Below are positions 53,896-62,693 of a stretch of 64,000 nucleotides of DNA, piece after piece. Both the position numbers and the translations under genes were made by a program. The notes below the pieces were generated by a model. That model worked only from the letters and a program-made list of their open reading frames with translations. It was not told where the DNA came from and did not search any database. Origin of the DNA: Candidatus Omnitrophota bacterium (GTDB lineage Bacteria > Omnitrophota > Gorgyraeia > Gygaellales > Profunditerraquicolaceae); contig JAKLGJ010000001.1 in assembly GCA_022710715.1 (NCBI GenBank), positions 426,041 to 490,040 on the forward strand, given 5' to 3'. Within the stretch, counting starts at the first letter, position 1, and each line of letters opens with the position of its first letter.

Positions 53896-55104
53896 CTATT
53901 CCTTGAACTTTTTGATGACCAGGCACGAGTTGTTGCCTCCGAAGGCAAACCCGTTGTTTAAAGCGATGTTGATTTTCTTCTTGCGCGCTTTATTCGGCAC
54001 GCAGTCCAGATCGCACTCGGGATCCGGGGTTTCATAGTTGATCGTCGGCGCGATGAGGTCTTCTTTGACCGTCAGGCAGCAACTGATCGCTTCCAGCGCC
54101 GACGCCGCGCCCATGGGGTGCCCGAGCATGGATTTGATCGAATTGATCGGGACCTGTTGCGCGCGTTCTTTGAGCACGTTTTTGATGGCAAGACATTCCA
54201 CTTTGTCGTTGGTGGGAGTGCCGGTGCCGTGCGTACAGATGAAATCCACATCTTTGTAGGTCAACCCGGTTTCCTGGAGGGCTTTTTCCATGACTCTGGT
54301 CACACCTCTGGGATCCGGCGCAGTGGCGTGGTAAGCGTCGCAGGACAATCCGTATCCGAGGATTTCAGCGTAGATCCTGGCGTTGCGTTTTACCGCGGAA
54401 TCGAGGCTTTCCAGAAGGAGTATGCCTGCTCCTTCGCCGAGCATCATGCCTTTGCGGTTTTTGTCGAACGGTTGACAGCGGTCCTGGGCCATGGCGTACA
54501 GACTCTGGAATCCCACGAAAGCGACATAGAAGAACGCGTCGGCCCCTCCGGCAAAGGCAAAGTCCAGTTCGCCGCTTTTGATCAGGTCAAAGCCGTAGCC
54601 GATAGCGTAATTGCCGGCGGCGCAGGCGGTGGGAAACATGTAATTTGCCCCCTGGGTTTTCAGGTGTAACGCTACATTTGCCGAGAGGTTGTTCACCGAA
54701 GCCTGAAGTATGCGGATGCGGTCGAGGTCTTTCAATCCTCCCTGCACCCAGGTGCGGATCAGCTCTTCCAGGGGTTTTTCTCCCATGGTCGTGCCCATGA
54801 ATACGCCGGTGCGCGTTTTGGGCAGCGTTCCGACGCCGGCGTCCTCCTGCGCCAGGAGCGCAGCGGAGATCGCCAACTGCGAAGCCCTGCCCAGGAATTT
54901 GAGCTTGCGCTGCTGAATGAACTCTTCGGGTTTGAATGGCTTGGCTTCCCCTCCCCGGTGGCATTTGAAACCGGAAGTGTCGAAGGCGGTGATTTCGCTG
55001 ATGCCGGACGTGCCGGCGGTCAGCGCTCTCCAGAAATCTTTTCTGCCGACGCCGATCGATGAAACCGGCCCCAATCCCGTGACGACTACGCGATGATTAT
55101 TCAT
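53896..55104 (-). CDS. Beta-ketoacyl-ACP synthase (FabF/KAS II-like, catalytically complete KS)
   Basis: Active-site Cys in PTACAAGNYAIG, His residues in ICTHGTGTP and MLGHPMGAAS, and C-terminal NNGFAFGGNNSCLVI. Confidence 0.85.
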   Translation of the reverse strand: MNNHRVVVTGLGPVSSIGVGRKDFWRALTAGTSGISEITAFDTSGFKCHRGGEAKPFKPEEFIQQRKLKFLGRASQLAISAALLAQEDAGVGTLPKTRTGVFMGTTMGEKPLEELIRTWVQGGLKDLDRIRILQASVNNLSANVALHLKTQGANYMFPTACAAGNYAIGYGFDLIKSGELDFAFAGGADAFFYVAFVGFQSLYAMAQDRCQPFDKNRKGMMLGEGAGILLLESLDSAVKRNARIYAEILGYGLSCDAYHATAPDPRGVTRVMEKALQETGLTYKDVDFICTHGTGTPTNDKVECLAIKNVLKERAQQVPINSIKSMLGHPMGAASALEAISCCLTVKEDLIAPTINYETPDPECDLDCVPNKARKKKINIALNNGFAFGGNNSCLVIKKFKE

Positions 55105-55573
55105 GTATTTTATAGGGTTTTATCCTGAACGTTTCAGTGGTTTCCATGACGCCGTCGCCGAAAGACCGTGCGTCGAATCTCTCTTTAACCCGGATCAACG
55201 CTGTCCCCTCTTCTATTCCGACCAGCGTGTAGGTGATAAATGCGTGATGGCCGTCCGAGAGCATGCAAGCCTGATCTTTGCGCAGCGTGATCTGGTTATG
55301 ATCGTCTCCCGGCGTTACCAGGTTGCCTTCAGCCATCTGCCAGAAAAACAACCCGTATCCGGGAATTTGCTTTTCGGCGTCTTCGCTGTAATTTGCGTCT
55401 ACCAGAGAAACGGAATCATCCGCATTCACGCGCAGTTCGGCAATGCCCCAGAGTCGTCCGGTTTTCTTCATATAATCGATATCGCCGTTATACTCCGGCT
55501 GCTGCGCGAGTGCCGCGCAGGAAATGGCGCCGTAGAATAAGGTTATGAGGATCCTCGCGAATACGGTACGCAT
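55097..55573 (-). CDS. Small secreted protein (hypothetical; possible lipid-carrier role inferred from context only)
   Basis: N-terminal signal peptide and 158 aa. It is embedded between the two KS genes with overlapping stop and start codons. Confidence 0.4.
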   Translation of the reverse strand: MRTVFARILITLFYGAISCAALAQQPEYNGDIDYMKKTGRLWGIAELRVNADDSVSLVDANYSEDAEKQIPGYGLFFWQMAEGNLVTPGDDHNQITLRKDQACMLSDGHHAFITYTLVGIEEGTALIRVKERFDARSFGDGVMETTETFRIKPYKIHE

Positions 55574-55577
55574 GCGT

Positions 55578-56801
55578 TTACCTGCTGATAATGGCCGCGG
55601 CGTTATTGCCGCCCGGACCGAAATTGTTCACCAGCACCGTGTTGATCTTTTTCTGCCTGGCCTGATTGGGTACGTAATCGAGGTCGCAGACCGGGTCGAT
55701 CTCCCGGTAATTGATCGTCGGTGGAATAAAACCCTGCTGGATCGAGCCGATCCCCGCGGCGATCTGCAATAATCCGGAAGCGCTGACCGTTTCTCCCAGC
55801 ATGGATTTTGTCGCGCTGACCGGGATGCGCGCCGCCTGCGCGCCGAAGACCTCTTTGATCACCGCGGTTTCGATCGCATCCTGATGGACCACGGAGTTGG
55901 CGGTGGCGCAGATGTAATCGAGTTTTTCCGGCGCCAGCCGGGCATTCTGCATGGCTTCGCTGATAGAACGTTTCAATCCTACGGCTTTCGGGTTATATTT
56001 ACCGCTGCGGAATGGATCGAAGAAGCTTTCTACAGCCGCTACCCGGGCGTAGATTGTCGCGCCGCGCGACCGGGCGAATTCCTCGTCTTCCACCACCAAC
56101 ACGCATGAGCCTTCCCCCAGGATGATGCCGTTTCGACGTTTGTCGAAGGGGCAGGATAGTTCCTCTCCTTTGATCCCCGCCAGGAACTCGAGTTTATAAA
56201 AGCCGACAAAGGTTTGAAAGAACAGCGATTCAACGGCAGCAACCAGCACGGCTTTGCTGCGGCCGGATTTGATCATATCCACGGAATATTTCAGAGCGTC
56301 GAGGCTGGCGGAATAGCCGGTCGAGACGGTGGCGTTGAAGCCTTTGATCCCGAAACGGATGGCGAGCTGGCTTGACGGCGAGTTGATCGTGGTGCCGGGA
56401 AACATCGCCGGGTTGACGTATTGCGGCCCTTCCTGCGCGGCGTCTTTGGTGAATTGAGAAATATTGAAAATGACGGACAGGGTGGTTGCGGTGGTTACTC
56501 CGACATCGTCGGTATTGTTTTCGCCGATCTGGAGACCGGCGTCGTCAATGGCGAGTTTGGTAGCCGAACACAGCAATCTGGTGCTGCGGTCCATATTGCG
56601 CAGACCTTTGGAGCCGAGAAATCGCTCCGCCTCGAAATCCGCGATCTCTCCGGCGGTGTGCGCTTTGAAAAAAGCGGTTTCGAACACGCTGATCGGCCGT
56701 ATGCCGGACGTTCCTTCGCGCAGGGCTTTCCAGTAGTTTTCTTTGCCGATGCCGTTGGGAGCGATGACTCCGATCCCGGTTATGACAGGTTGCGCGTTCA
56801 T
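55578..56801 (-). CDS. KS-like chain-length-factor-type partner (beta-ketoacyl synthase fold lacking the Cys/His/His triad)
   Basis: The active-site position reads VSTGYSASLD, with Cys replaced. The HGTGT and GH motifs are replaced by TANSVV and LGETVSAS. Confidence 0.65.
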   Translation of the reverse strand: MNAQPVITGIGVIAPNGIGKENYWKALREGTSGIRPISVFETAFFKAHTAGEIADFEAERFLGSKGLRNMDRSTRLLCSATKLAIDDAGLQIGENNTDDVGVTTATTLSVIFNISQFTKDAAQEGPQYVNPAMFPGTTINSPSSQLAIRFGIKGFNATVSTGYSASLDALKYSVDMIKSGRSKAVLVAAVESLFFQTFVGFYKLEFLAGIKGEELSCPFDKRRNGIILGEGSCVLVVEDEEFARSRGATIYARVAAVESFFDPFRSGKYNPKAVGLKRSISEAMQNARLAPEKLDYICATANSVVHQDAIETAVIKEVFGAQAARIPVSATKSMLGETVSASGLLQIAAGIGSIQQGFIPPTINYREIDPVCDLDYVPNQARQKKINTVLVNNFGPGGNNAAAIISR

Positions 56802-57544
56802 GAGATGCTTAAGCCTCCGTCCATCACGATCACCTGCCCGGTGATATATCCCGCCCGTTCGCTGATGAGGAATTGTACCGCTTTGGCTACCTCTTCCGGT
56901 TTGCCGAATCGTCCCAGGGGGATCTTTGCGTTGAGTTTGGCTCTCAAGTCGTCTTTCAGCTGGCCGACCATATCCGTTTCGATGAACCCCGGGGCCACGG
57001 CGTTGACCCGGATACCATACGCCGCAACTTCCTTGGCCAGCGCTTTGGTGAAACCGATGATCCCGGCTTTCGAGGCGGCATAATTGGTTTGCCGCGGCAT
57101 GCCCACCACTCCGGTAACCGAGGAAATGTTGACGATCTGTCCGGATTTCTGCTTGAGCAGCGTCATGATCGCCGCCCGGGATAAATTGATCGTGCCGATA
57201 AGGTTGGTGTTGATGACTTCCAACCAGTCTTCGGGCGCCATCATAGCCAGGGCTTTGTCCCGGATGATCCCGGCATTATTGATCACGATATCCAGCCCGC
57301 CGAACGTTTCTTTGGATTTGTTGACCCAATCCGCTACCGCGCCGAAGTCTTTGATATCCGACTGGAAAGCTTTGGCGCAGCTGCCCAGAGCGGCGATCTC
57401 TTTTTCCAGGTCCAGGGCTTCGTTAACACTTTTGAGATAGTTAAAGCTGATCTTTGCGCCCTGGCGGGCGAGTTCCAGGGCAATGGCTTTGCCGATGCCG
57501 CGGGTCGCTCCGCTGATAATCGCAGTTTTTCCTTTCAGGGTCAT
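56798..57544 (-). CDS. fabG: 3-oxoacyl-ACP reductase (FabG, SDR family)
   Basis: GATRGIGKAIA, NNAGI, and the S..YxASK catalytic motif. Confidence 0.85.
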   Translation of the reverse strand: MTLKGKTAIISGATRGIGKAIALELARQGAKISFNYLKSVNEALDLEKEIAALGSCAKAFQSDIKDFGAVADWVNKSKETFGGLDIVINNAGIIRDKALAMMAPEDWLEVINTNLIGTINLSRAAIMTLLKQKSGQIVNISSVTGVVGMPRQTNYAASKAGIIGFTKALAKEVAAYGIRVNAVAPGFIETDMVGQLKDDLRAKLNAKIPLGRFGKPEEVAKAVQFLISERAGYITGQVIVMDGGLSIS

Positions 57545-57915
57545 GTGAGATTTTTCTTAACTGCGCCGATAAATTCGTCGGTGCTGAAGGGTTTATAAAT
57601 AAATCCGGCGACTTTGAGCTCCAGGGCGTTTTTCAGGCTTGCTTCTTCGACAAAGCCGGTGATCAATACTTCCGGAATAGGCTGTTTTCCGGCGTTGTTG
57701 CGCAGTTCCCGGATCTTCTTGAGCGTTTCGATGCCGTTCATGCCCGGCATTTTGATATCGGAAACAATCAAGTCGAAGTCCTGATTTTTGACCAGTTCCA
57801 CCGCTTGTTCGCCGTTAGCGGCAATAGTTGCGGATAAGCCTTCTTTTTTAAGCAGTTTCTGCAGGCTTTTGGTGATCAGATGATCATCATCAACAATGAG
57901 GATCTGTTTTTCCAT
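57541..57915 (-). CDS. Single-domain response regulator (receiver)
   Basis: DLIVSDIKMPGMNG. Its start overlaps the fabG stop. Confidence 0.75.
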   Translation of the reverse strand: MEKQILIVDDDHLITKSLQKLLKKEGLSATIAANGEQAVELVKNQDFDLIVSDIKMPGMNGIETLKKIRELRNNAGKQPIPEVLITGFVEEASLKNALELKVAGFIYKPFSTDEFIGAVKKNLT

Positions 57916-58175
57916 ATCCTTGCTCCTGTTTGAGTTGCGAGTCTTATTATACCAGAAAACCCGGATTCGTGTTACAATTTTCGCCGGAGCGAAAATTTTA
58001 TGTAATAAGCCTGGACAGGCGTTGGAAAGTGTGGGATACTGCTCGTTTATAAATCACCGTATTTCGTACTTAACCATCCCCCGCGCAGATCGCACCTAAC
58101 GCTAATAAGGAATTGCGTTAGTGTGGCCCTGTGGCCAAATTGCGTTAGGGTTCCGCTCGTGCGGAAGGAGGTTCT

Positions 58176-58655
58176 ATGTTGAAAGCTAAAACCGGCGATA
58201 CCGTCAAAGTGCATTATGTGGGAACCATCGAGAACAATGTCGTATTCGACGATTCGTATCAACGCAAACAGCCTATGGAATTCAAGATCGGCGCAAATAT
58301 GCTCATCCAGAAGTTCGAAGATACCGTCGTAGGTATGTCGATCGGCGAAAAACGCACGGTGAACATCCCTTCAGACGAAGCTTACGGTCCGCACAAGAAA
58401 GAAATGGTGGTTACTGTCCCCCGCAATCAACTGCCGGCTGATATTCAACCGGTGGTTGGAATGCAACTGCAGGTGAGCCAGGATGAACAGGTTTTTGCGG
58501 TGACCATAGCCGAGGTCACCGACACCACGCTTTCTCTGGACGCCAATCATCCGTTGGCCGGAAAAGACCTCACCTTCAACATCGAGCTGGTGGAGATCCT
58601 GCCTCCGGGAACCGAATGCCACGGGTCTTCCTGTTCCTGCGGCGGGCATCATTAA
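58176..58655 (+). CDS. slyD: FKBP-type peptidyl-prolyl isomerase SlyD with His/Cys-rich metal-binding tail
   Basis: FKBP core plus an IF domain. C-terminus CHGSSCSCGGHH. Confidence 0.8.
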   Translation: MLKAKTGDTVKVHYVGTIENNVVFDDSYQRKQPMEFKIGANMLIQKFEDTVVGMSIGEKRTVNIPSDEAYGPHKKEMVVTVPRNQLPADIQPVVGMQLQVSQDEQVFAVTIAEVTDTTLSLDANHPLAGKDLTFNIELVEILPPGTECHGSSCSCGGHH

Positions 58656-59026
58656 GTCAGGCACCGTTCCACCGCTGCCATGAATTCCCCGATATCGAAA
58701 GGCTTATAGATATACGCCGCTACCTGCATCTCCTGCGCTTCTTTTTGTAAATCGTCAGAAGCGTATCCGGTAATGATGATCTCTTGGGGATGCGCGCGTC
58801 CCTGAAGGGAATTGATCTCTCTGATCTTGCGGATAGCTTCCAGGCCGTTCATTTCCGGCATGCGGATATCCGCAACGATCAGATCAAAAGCCAGCCGCTG
58901 CGCCAGCGCGATCGCGGTTTTGCCGCTGTCCGCGGATTCCACCTCATACCCTTTGACTTTCAGGTATTTGACGATGCTTTTGGTCACCAGTACGTCGTCG
59001 TCAATTACCAGGATTTTTTTTGCCAT
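58652..59026 (-). CDS. Single-domain response regulator (receiver)
   Basis: FDLIVADIRMPEMNG. Paralogous to 48825 and 57541. Confidence 0.75.
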   Translation of the reverse strand: MAKKILVIDDDVLVTKSIVKYLKVKGYEVESADSGKTAIALAQRLAFDLIVADIRMPEMNGLEAIRKIREINSLQGRAHPQEIIITGYASDDLQKEAQEMQVAAYIYKPFDIGEFMAAVERCLT

Positions 59027-59031
59027 CTGAT

Positions 59032-61185
59032 TTATTTTTTTGCCCGGGGAATATCGATGGTGACGATGGTTCCCTTGCCGGTTTTCGATTTCACACGGAT
59101 CATGCCGTGATGCTTGTCGATGATCGACTGGCAGATGGATAGTCCCAGCCCCAGTCCTTTTCCCACTTCTTTGGTGGTGAAAAAGGGATCGAATATCCTC
59201 CCGATGATCTCCTGCGGGATACCCCCTCCTTCGTCTTTGATGGAAACGTTCACCCAGTTTTGATCCTGGCTTAGTTCGATTTCGATGGTTCCATCCGGTC
59301 TGATTTGTTTGATGGCGTCGCGGGCATTAAGCAACACATTGGTGATCACCTGTTCCATTTCGTTATGATTGCCCCGGATCGGGTAGTTTTTGTCAGGAGC
59401 GTTGAGCACGGTTTTCACATTATCCTGCTCGAACTGGAATTTGAGGAACGAAACGGCGGTCGTGATCACGTCCAGCAGATTGAAATCGTACACCATCGTG
59501 GTTTCCAGCGGTTTCTTGGAGTACGTCATCAATTTCTGGACGATGATCTTGCAGCGTTTAGTGGCTTCTTCGATGATCTCCAGCGATTCTTTGGTATCGG
59601 CGTCAAGGTTTTCGCAGACCGCCAGCAGCATCTGGGCGTTGGTCAGGATCGCGGTCAGCGGATTATTGATCTCGTGCGCCACGCCTCCGGCCAGCGTGCC
59701 GATGGTGGCCAGTTTTTCCGCCTGCACCAGTTGTTTTTGCACGTCCATCAGTTGTTGGGTGCGCTGCTTGACCTGGTTTTCCATATTCTGGTACAGTGCA
59801 GCGTTCTCGATGGCCAGAGATATCTGGTTGGCCAGAACGGAAAAAACAGCCAGGTCATCCGGTTGGTAGGTATCTCCCCCGGCTTTGTCGCCGAGTATCA
59901 GCAGGTTTGCCAGCCGGTTTTCCAGGAAGCTGGGAACGATCAGCGTCGCTTTCAACGCCTGCATCTCCTGCGCGATATCATTGAACGGGGTGCCGGGGTT
60001 CTCTTCGGCTTTTCGATTGATTTCCTCTCGTATCAGAGGTTCTTTCAGATTTTCTATAAAGGTGATCAACGGGTTGGTCTGTGCGATTTCCGGGGGCTGG
60101 TCGGCGTACATATGATGACCGGCCAGGAGTATAAAAGAGTTTTTCGGAGTATCCCAGGTGTAGAGCGCTGCGTGCGAGACGTGGATGGTTTCGGCGATAG
60201 TCTCGAAAATGAACTCGGTCAGTTGTTCCAGGTTGCGGATGCGCGTCATTTCTGCAGCCGCAGAGCGCAGCGTTTCCCGGTAAGCGCGTTGTTTGCGCAG
60301 CAAAATGGCTTCCGCTCTTTTCTGCAGGTTGATGTAGACGAACGGTCCGATAGTCGCCAGGAACATCAAAAGAGTCAGCGGCGCCAGCCACCAGTTAGGC
60401 CCTAACAGGTGCATCAGCCAGTTTTTGCCGATGGTCACCAGCACCAGCGGGACGCCCAGTACGATTGCGTAGACGGCGGTAAATATCCCGGTGCGGGTGA
60501 TGACCGCGTTGATCGCCATCAGCCGGTAGCGCAGAATGGCAAAAGTGATCAGCAGCGGATAAAAAACGAACAGGATGATCGGGTACGGCAGCAGGGGAAT
60601 ATTAAAGGCCAGGCCGAAGGTGCTCCCTCCCCCGATAAACCCGAATAACGAAGCGATGGCGACGTACTGGATCTGGAGGAATTTTTCTTTTCCTTTTGTG
60701 CCCGCTGATCGCAGCAAGAGCAGCAGCCCATACGTGGGCACAACCGCGAAATACGCCACAAAGAGCGCGGCCAGGGGGCCCAGGTCATCATAGAATCTGA
60801 ACATGGCTTTCGCGGTCACATCCTTGATGAACCAGTGGCTGGACAGCAGGCTCAAGAAGATCACGCTGCCGATCAGGGCCAGGAGTAAATGTTTTTTGTG
60901 GCCGGAAACGGCGTTCAAGAGGGCGAAAACGAAATACAGGTAGCAGACGGGAATGAGGATTGCGCTGGCGTAGAGAATGTAAGCGAACCGCCAGGCCAGA
61001 TTGTAATCGGGCGTGACCGCCATGATGAAGTGGCTTACGCTCCAGGTGCCGGCAGTCAGGGAAAGCAAGAACCAGGATTTATTGACGGAAGAACGGCTGT
61101 TCTTAAAAAGTACCCAGACGCCGCTGACGTAGCAGGCCAGGGCTCCGAGCAGGAAACTGATCGAAAAATAATTGATGGCGTTCAT
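59032..61185 (-). CDS. Sensor histidine kinase with 7TM-receptor-like N-terminus, GAF, HisKA, HATPase
   Basis: H-box HEINNPL, G-boxes DEGGGI and GKGLGLGL, and N-terminal multi-TM region. Paralogous to 49259-51478. Confidence 0.8.
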   Translation of the reverse strand: MNAINYFSISFLLGALACYVSGVWVLFKNSRSSVNKSWFLLSLTAGTWSVSHFIMAVTPDYNLAWRFAYILYASAILIPVCYLYFVFALLNAVSGHKKHLLLALIGSVIFLSLLSSHWFIKDVTAKAMFRFYDDLGPLAALFVAYFAVVPTYGLLLLLRSAGTKGKEKFLQIQYVAIASLFGFIGGGSTFGLAFNIPLLPYPIILFVFYPLLITFAILRYRLMAINAVITRTGIFTAVYAIVLGVPLVLVTIGKNWLMHLLGPNWWLAPLTLLMFLATIGPFVYINLQKRAEAILLRKQRAYRETLRSAAAEMTRIRNLEQLTEFIFETIAETIHVSHAALYTWDTPKNSFILLAGHHMYADQPPEIAQTNPLITFIENLKEPLIREEINRKAEENPGTPFNDIAQEMQALKATLIVPSFLENRLANLLILGDKAGGDTYQPDDLAVFSVLANQISLAIENAALYQNMENQVKQRTQQLMDVQKQLVQAEKLATIGTLAGGVAHEINNPLTAILTNAQMLLAVCENLDADTKESLEIIEEATKRCKIIVQKLMTYSKKPLETTMVYDFNLLDVITTAVSFLKFQFEQDNVKTVLNAPDKNYPIRGNHNEMEQVITNVLLNARDAIKQIRPDGTIEIELSQDQNWVNVSIKDEGGGIPQEIIGRIFDPFFTTKEVGKGLGLGLSICQSIIDKHHGMIRVKSKTGKGTIVTIDIPRAKK

Positions 61186-61199
61186 ACCGTCCGTGGTTT

Positions 61200-62693
61200 T
61201 TACCGTGGCGGTGTAAACAACGAATGCGATGACAAATACTTCCCCAGTCCGACAAGCGTTTCCCAGGAGATGTTGATGCCGTGCTGGGGTTCCACGTGTA
61301 TGTCTCCCAGGAATTCAATGCCGAGATAGATGCTTTCCTCGACGGCGGTTTCTTTGCCTTTAAAGGCGAAAATGGCGGCCTGTGAAGAGGAACAGAGCAC
61401 CGGCGGATTCTCTGTCCCGTAGGTAAACCAGCCCAGGGGAATCAGCTCCGGCAGTATCTGTCCGTGCCAGTGCACCAGCGCCGCTCCCCGCTCTTCGAGA
61501 ATGCGCGGGAAGTGCGCCCCGGGGTTGGTTGCTTTTATCGCCGCGGCATAAATGGCGTTGGCAACGCAATGCGATAAGATTACCCGGGTATCGAACGACG
61601 GCTTATAATCTTCGGTAATATCTATTCCCGGCGGGATCTCCATATACATCTGTCCGTTGGCCAGTCCGACTTTGAGGATATCGCGGTAAGGATCAAGCCG
61701 GGTTTTTTCCGATCCTGAACGGGACATCAGTACCCAGACCTGCGGGATCTCCAGGATAAATTTTTTGCGCTGTATATCCAGAGCCAGATAGAGTTGCTGA
61801 TCTTTCAAAAAAAGGTCCCGCGCTATTTTTTTGCCGTTGGTGATGGTTTTTGCATCCTGGTACGCAACGGGAACGGGCAGTTTGACCGGCAATTGGCGGC
61901 AGATAAAGCCGTAACTCATGCCGGAACGCTCATCCAGGTGCAGGCTGGCGGCCCATTTGTAGAAATCGTTGCGGTAGGAGAATGAATCCAACCGGTTCAT
62001 CGGCCAGAATAGATTGCTGGCGGCGAACGCCGGGCCGCTTTCCACGATATCCTTCATGAACGGTTGTAACGTCTGTGTATCCATGAAATTAAGATGCGTT
62101 TTGATCAACTTAAAATCCTGCAACTGGGGCGGGAATACCCGGGTGGCGATCTTGGGTACGAAATCCGAGAGAATGTATTCGCTGAACGGCCCGGAAGCCG
62201 GGTAGAATGATGAAAACCCGTTAAAGCTGAACATCATCCACTCCCGCGCATCGACGCAGATGATTACATTGCTCATATGCCAGGTGAACAGGCGCAGTCC
62301 GATCTGCATGAATTCCCGTCCGGAAAGGTGCGGTTGAAGTTCCTGCGGCCGGTCGAGAATGGTGACGATGGGATTATTGGTGAAACTGAAGGTATAGTCA
62401 ATGGGCAGTTTTCCGGTTTCGCAATCGCCTGTGGCGAAGACCACGATTCCCGGGCGGATCTTTTTACCCACATCTTTGATCATGGTGAAACTTTGCTCGA
62501 ACGGGATGATCTGCGCGCCCAGCCCTTTCAGGGTTTTCTGCAGGGCGCGGGCAAACGCCAGAAGCACCGCGCTGGCATTGGGCGCCGGCGGCAGAAAAGT
62601 GATTTTGAGCCGTCTGGCCATGTCCCGGGTATTGAGACAGCCGCGGCTTTTGATACCGAGGATCGTTTTAACCGCTTCCAGGCTTACATTCAT
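61200..62693 (-). CDS. Hypothetical protein (497 aa)
   Basis: Long ORF with coding-like composition that overlaps its neighbours by 4 nt. No motif recognised. Confidence 0.4.
   Translation of the reverse strand: MNVSLEAVKTILGIKSRGCLNTRDMARRLKITFLPPAPNASAVLLAFARALQKTLKGLGAQIIPFEQSFTMIKDVGKKIRPGIVVFATGDCETGKLPIDYTFSFTNNPIVTILDRPQELQPHLSGREFMQIGLRLFTWHMSNVIICVDAREWMMFSFNGFSSFYPASGPFSEYILSDFVPKIATRVFPPQLQDFKLIKTHLNFMDTQTLQPFMKDIVESGPAFAASNLFWPMNRLDSFSYRNDFYKWAASLHLDERSGMSYGFICRQLPVKLPVPVAYQDAKTITNGKKIARDLFLKDQQLYLALDIQRKKFILEIPQVWVLMSRSGSEKTRLDPYRDILKVGLANGQMYMEIPPGIDITEDYKPSFDTRVILSHCVANAIYAAAIKATNPGAHFPRILEERGAALVHWHGQILPELIPLGWFTYGTENPPVLCSSSQAAIFAFKGKETAVEESIYLGIEFLGDIHVEPQHGINISWETLVGLGKYLSSHSLFTPPR

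Noticed and set aside
59305-60405. 366-aa plus-strand ORF antisense to the histidine kinase
   Set aside because: It is antisense to a kinase with an H-box and G-boxes. Its translation is low-complexity.
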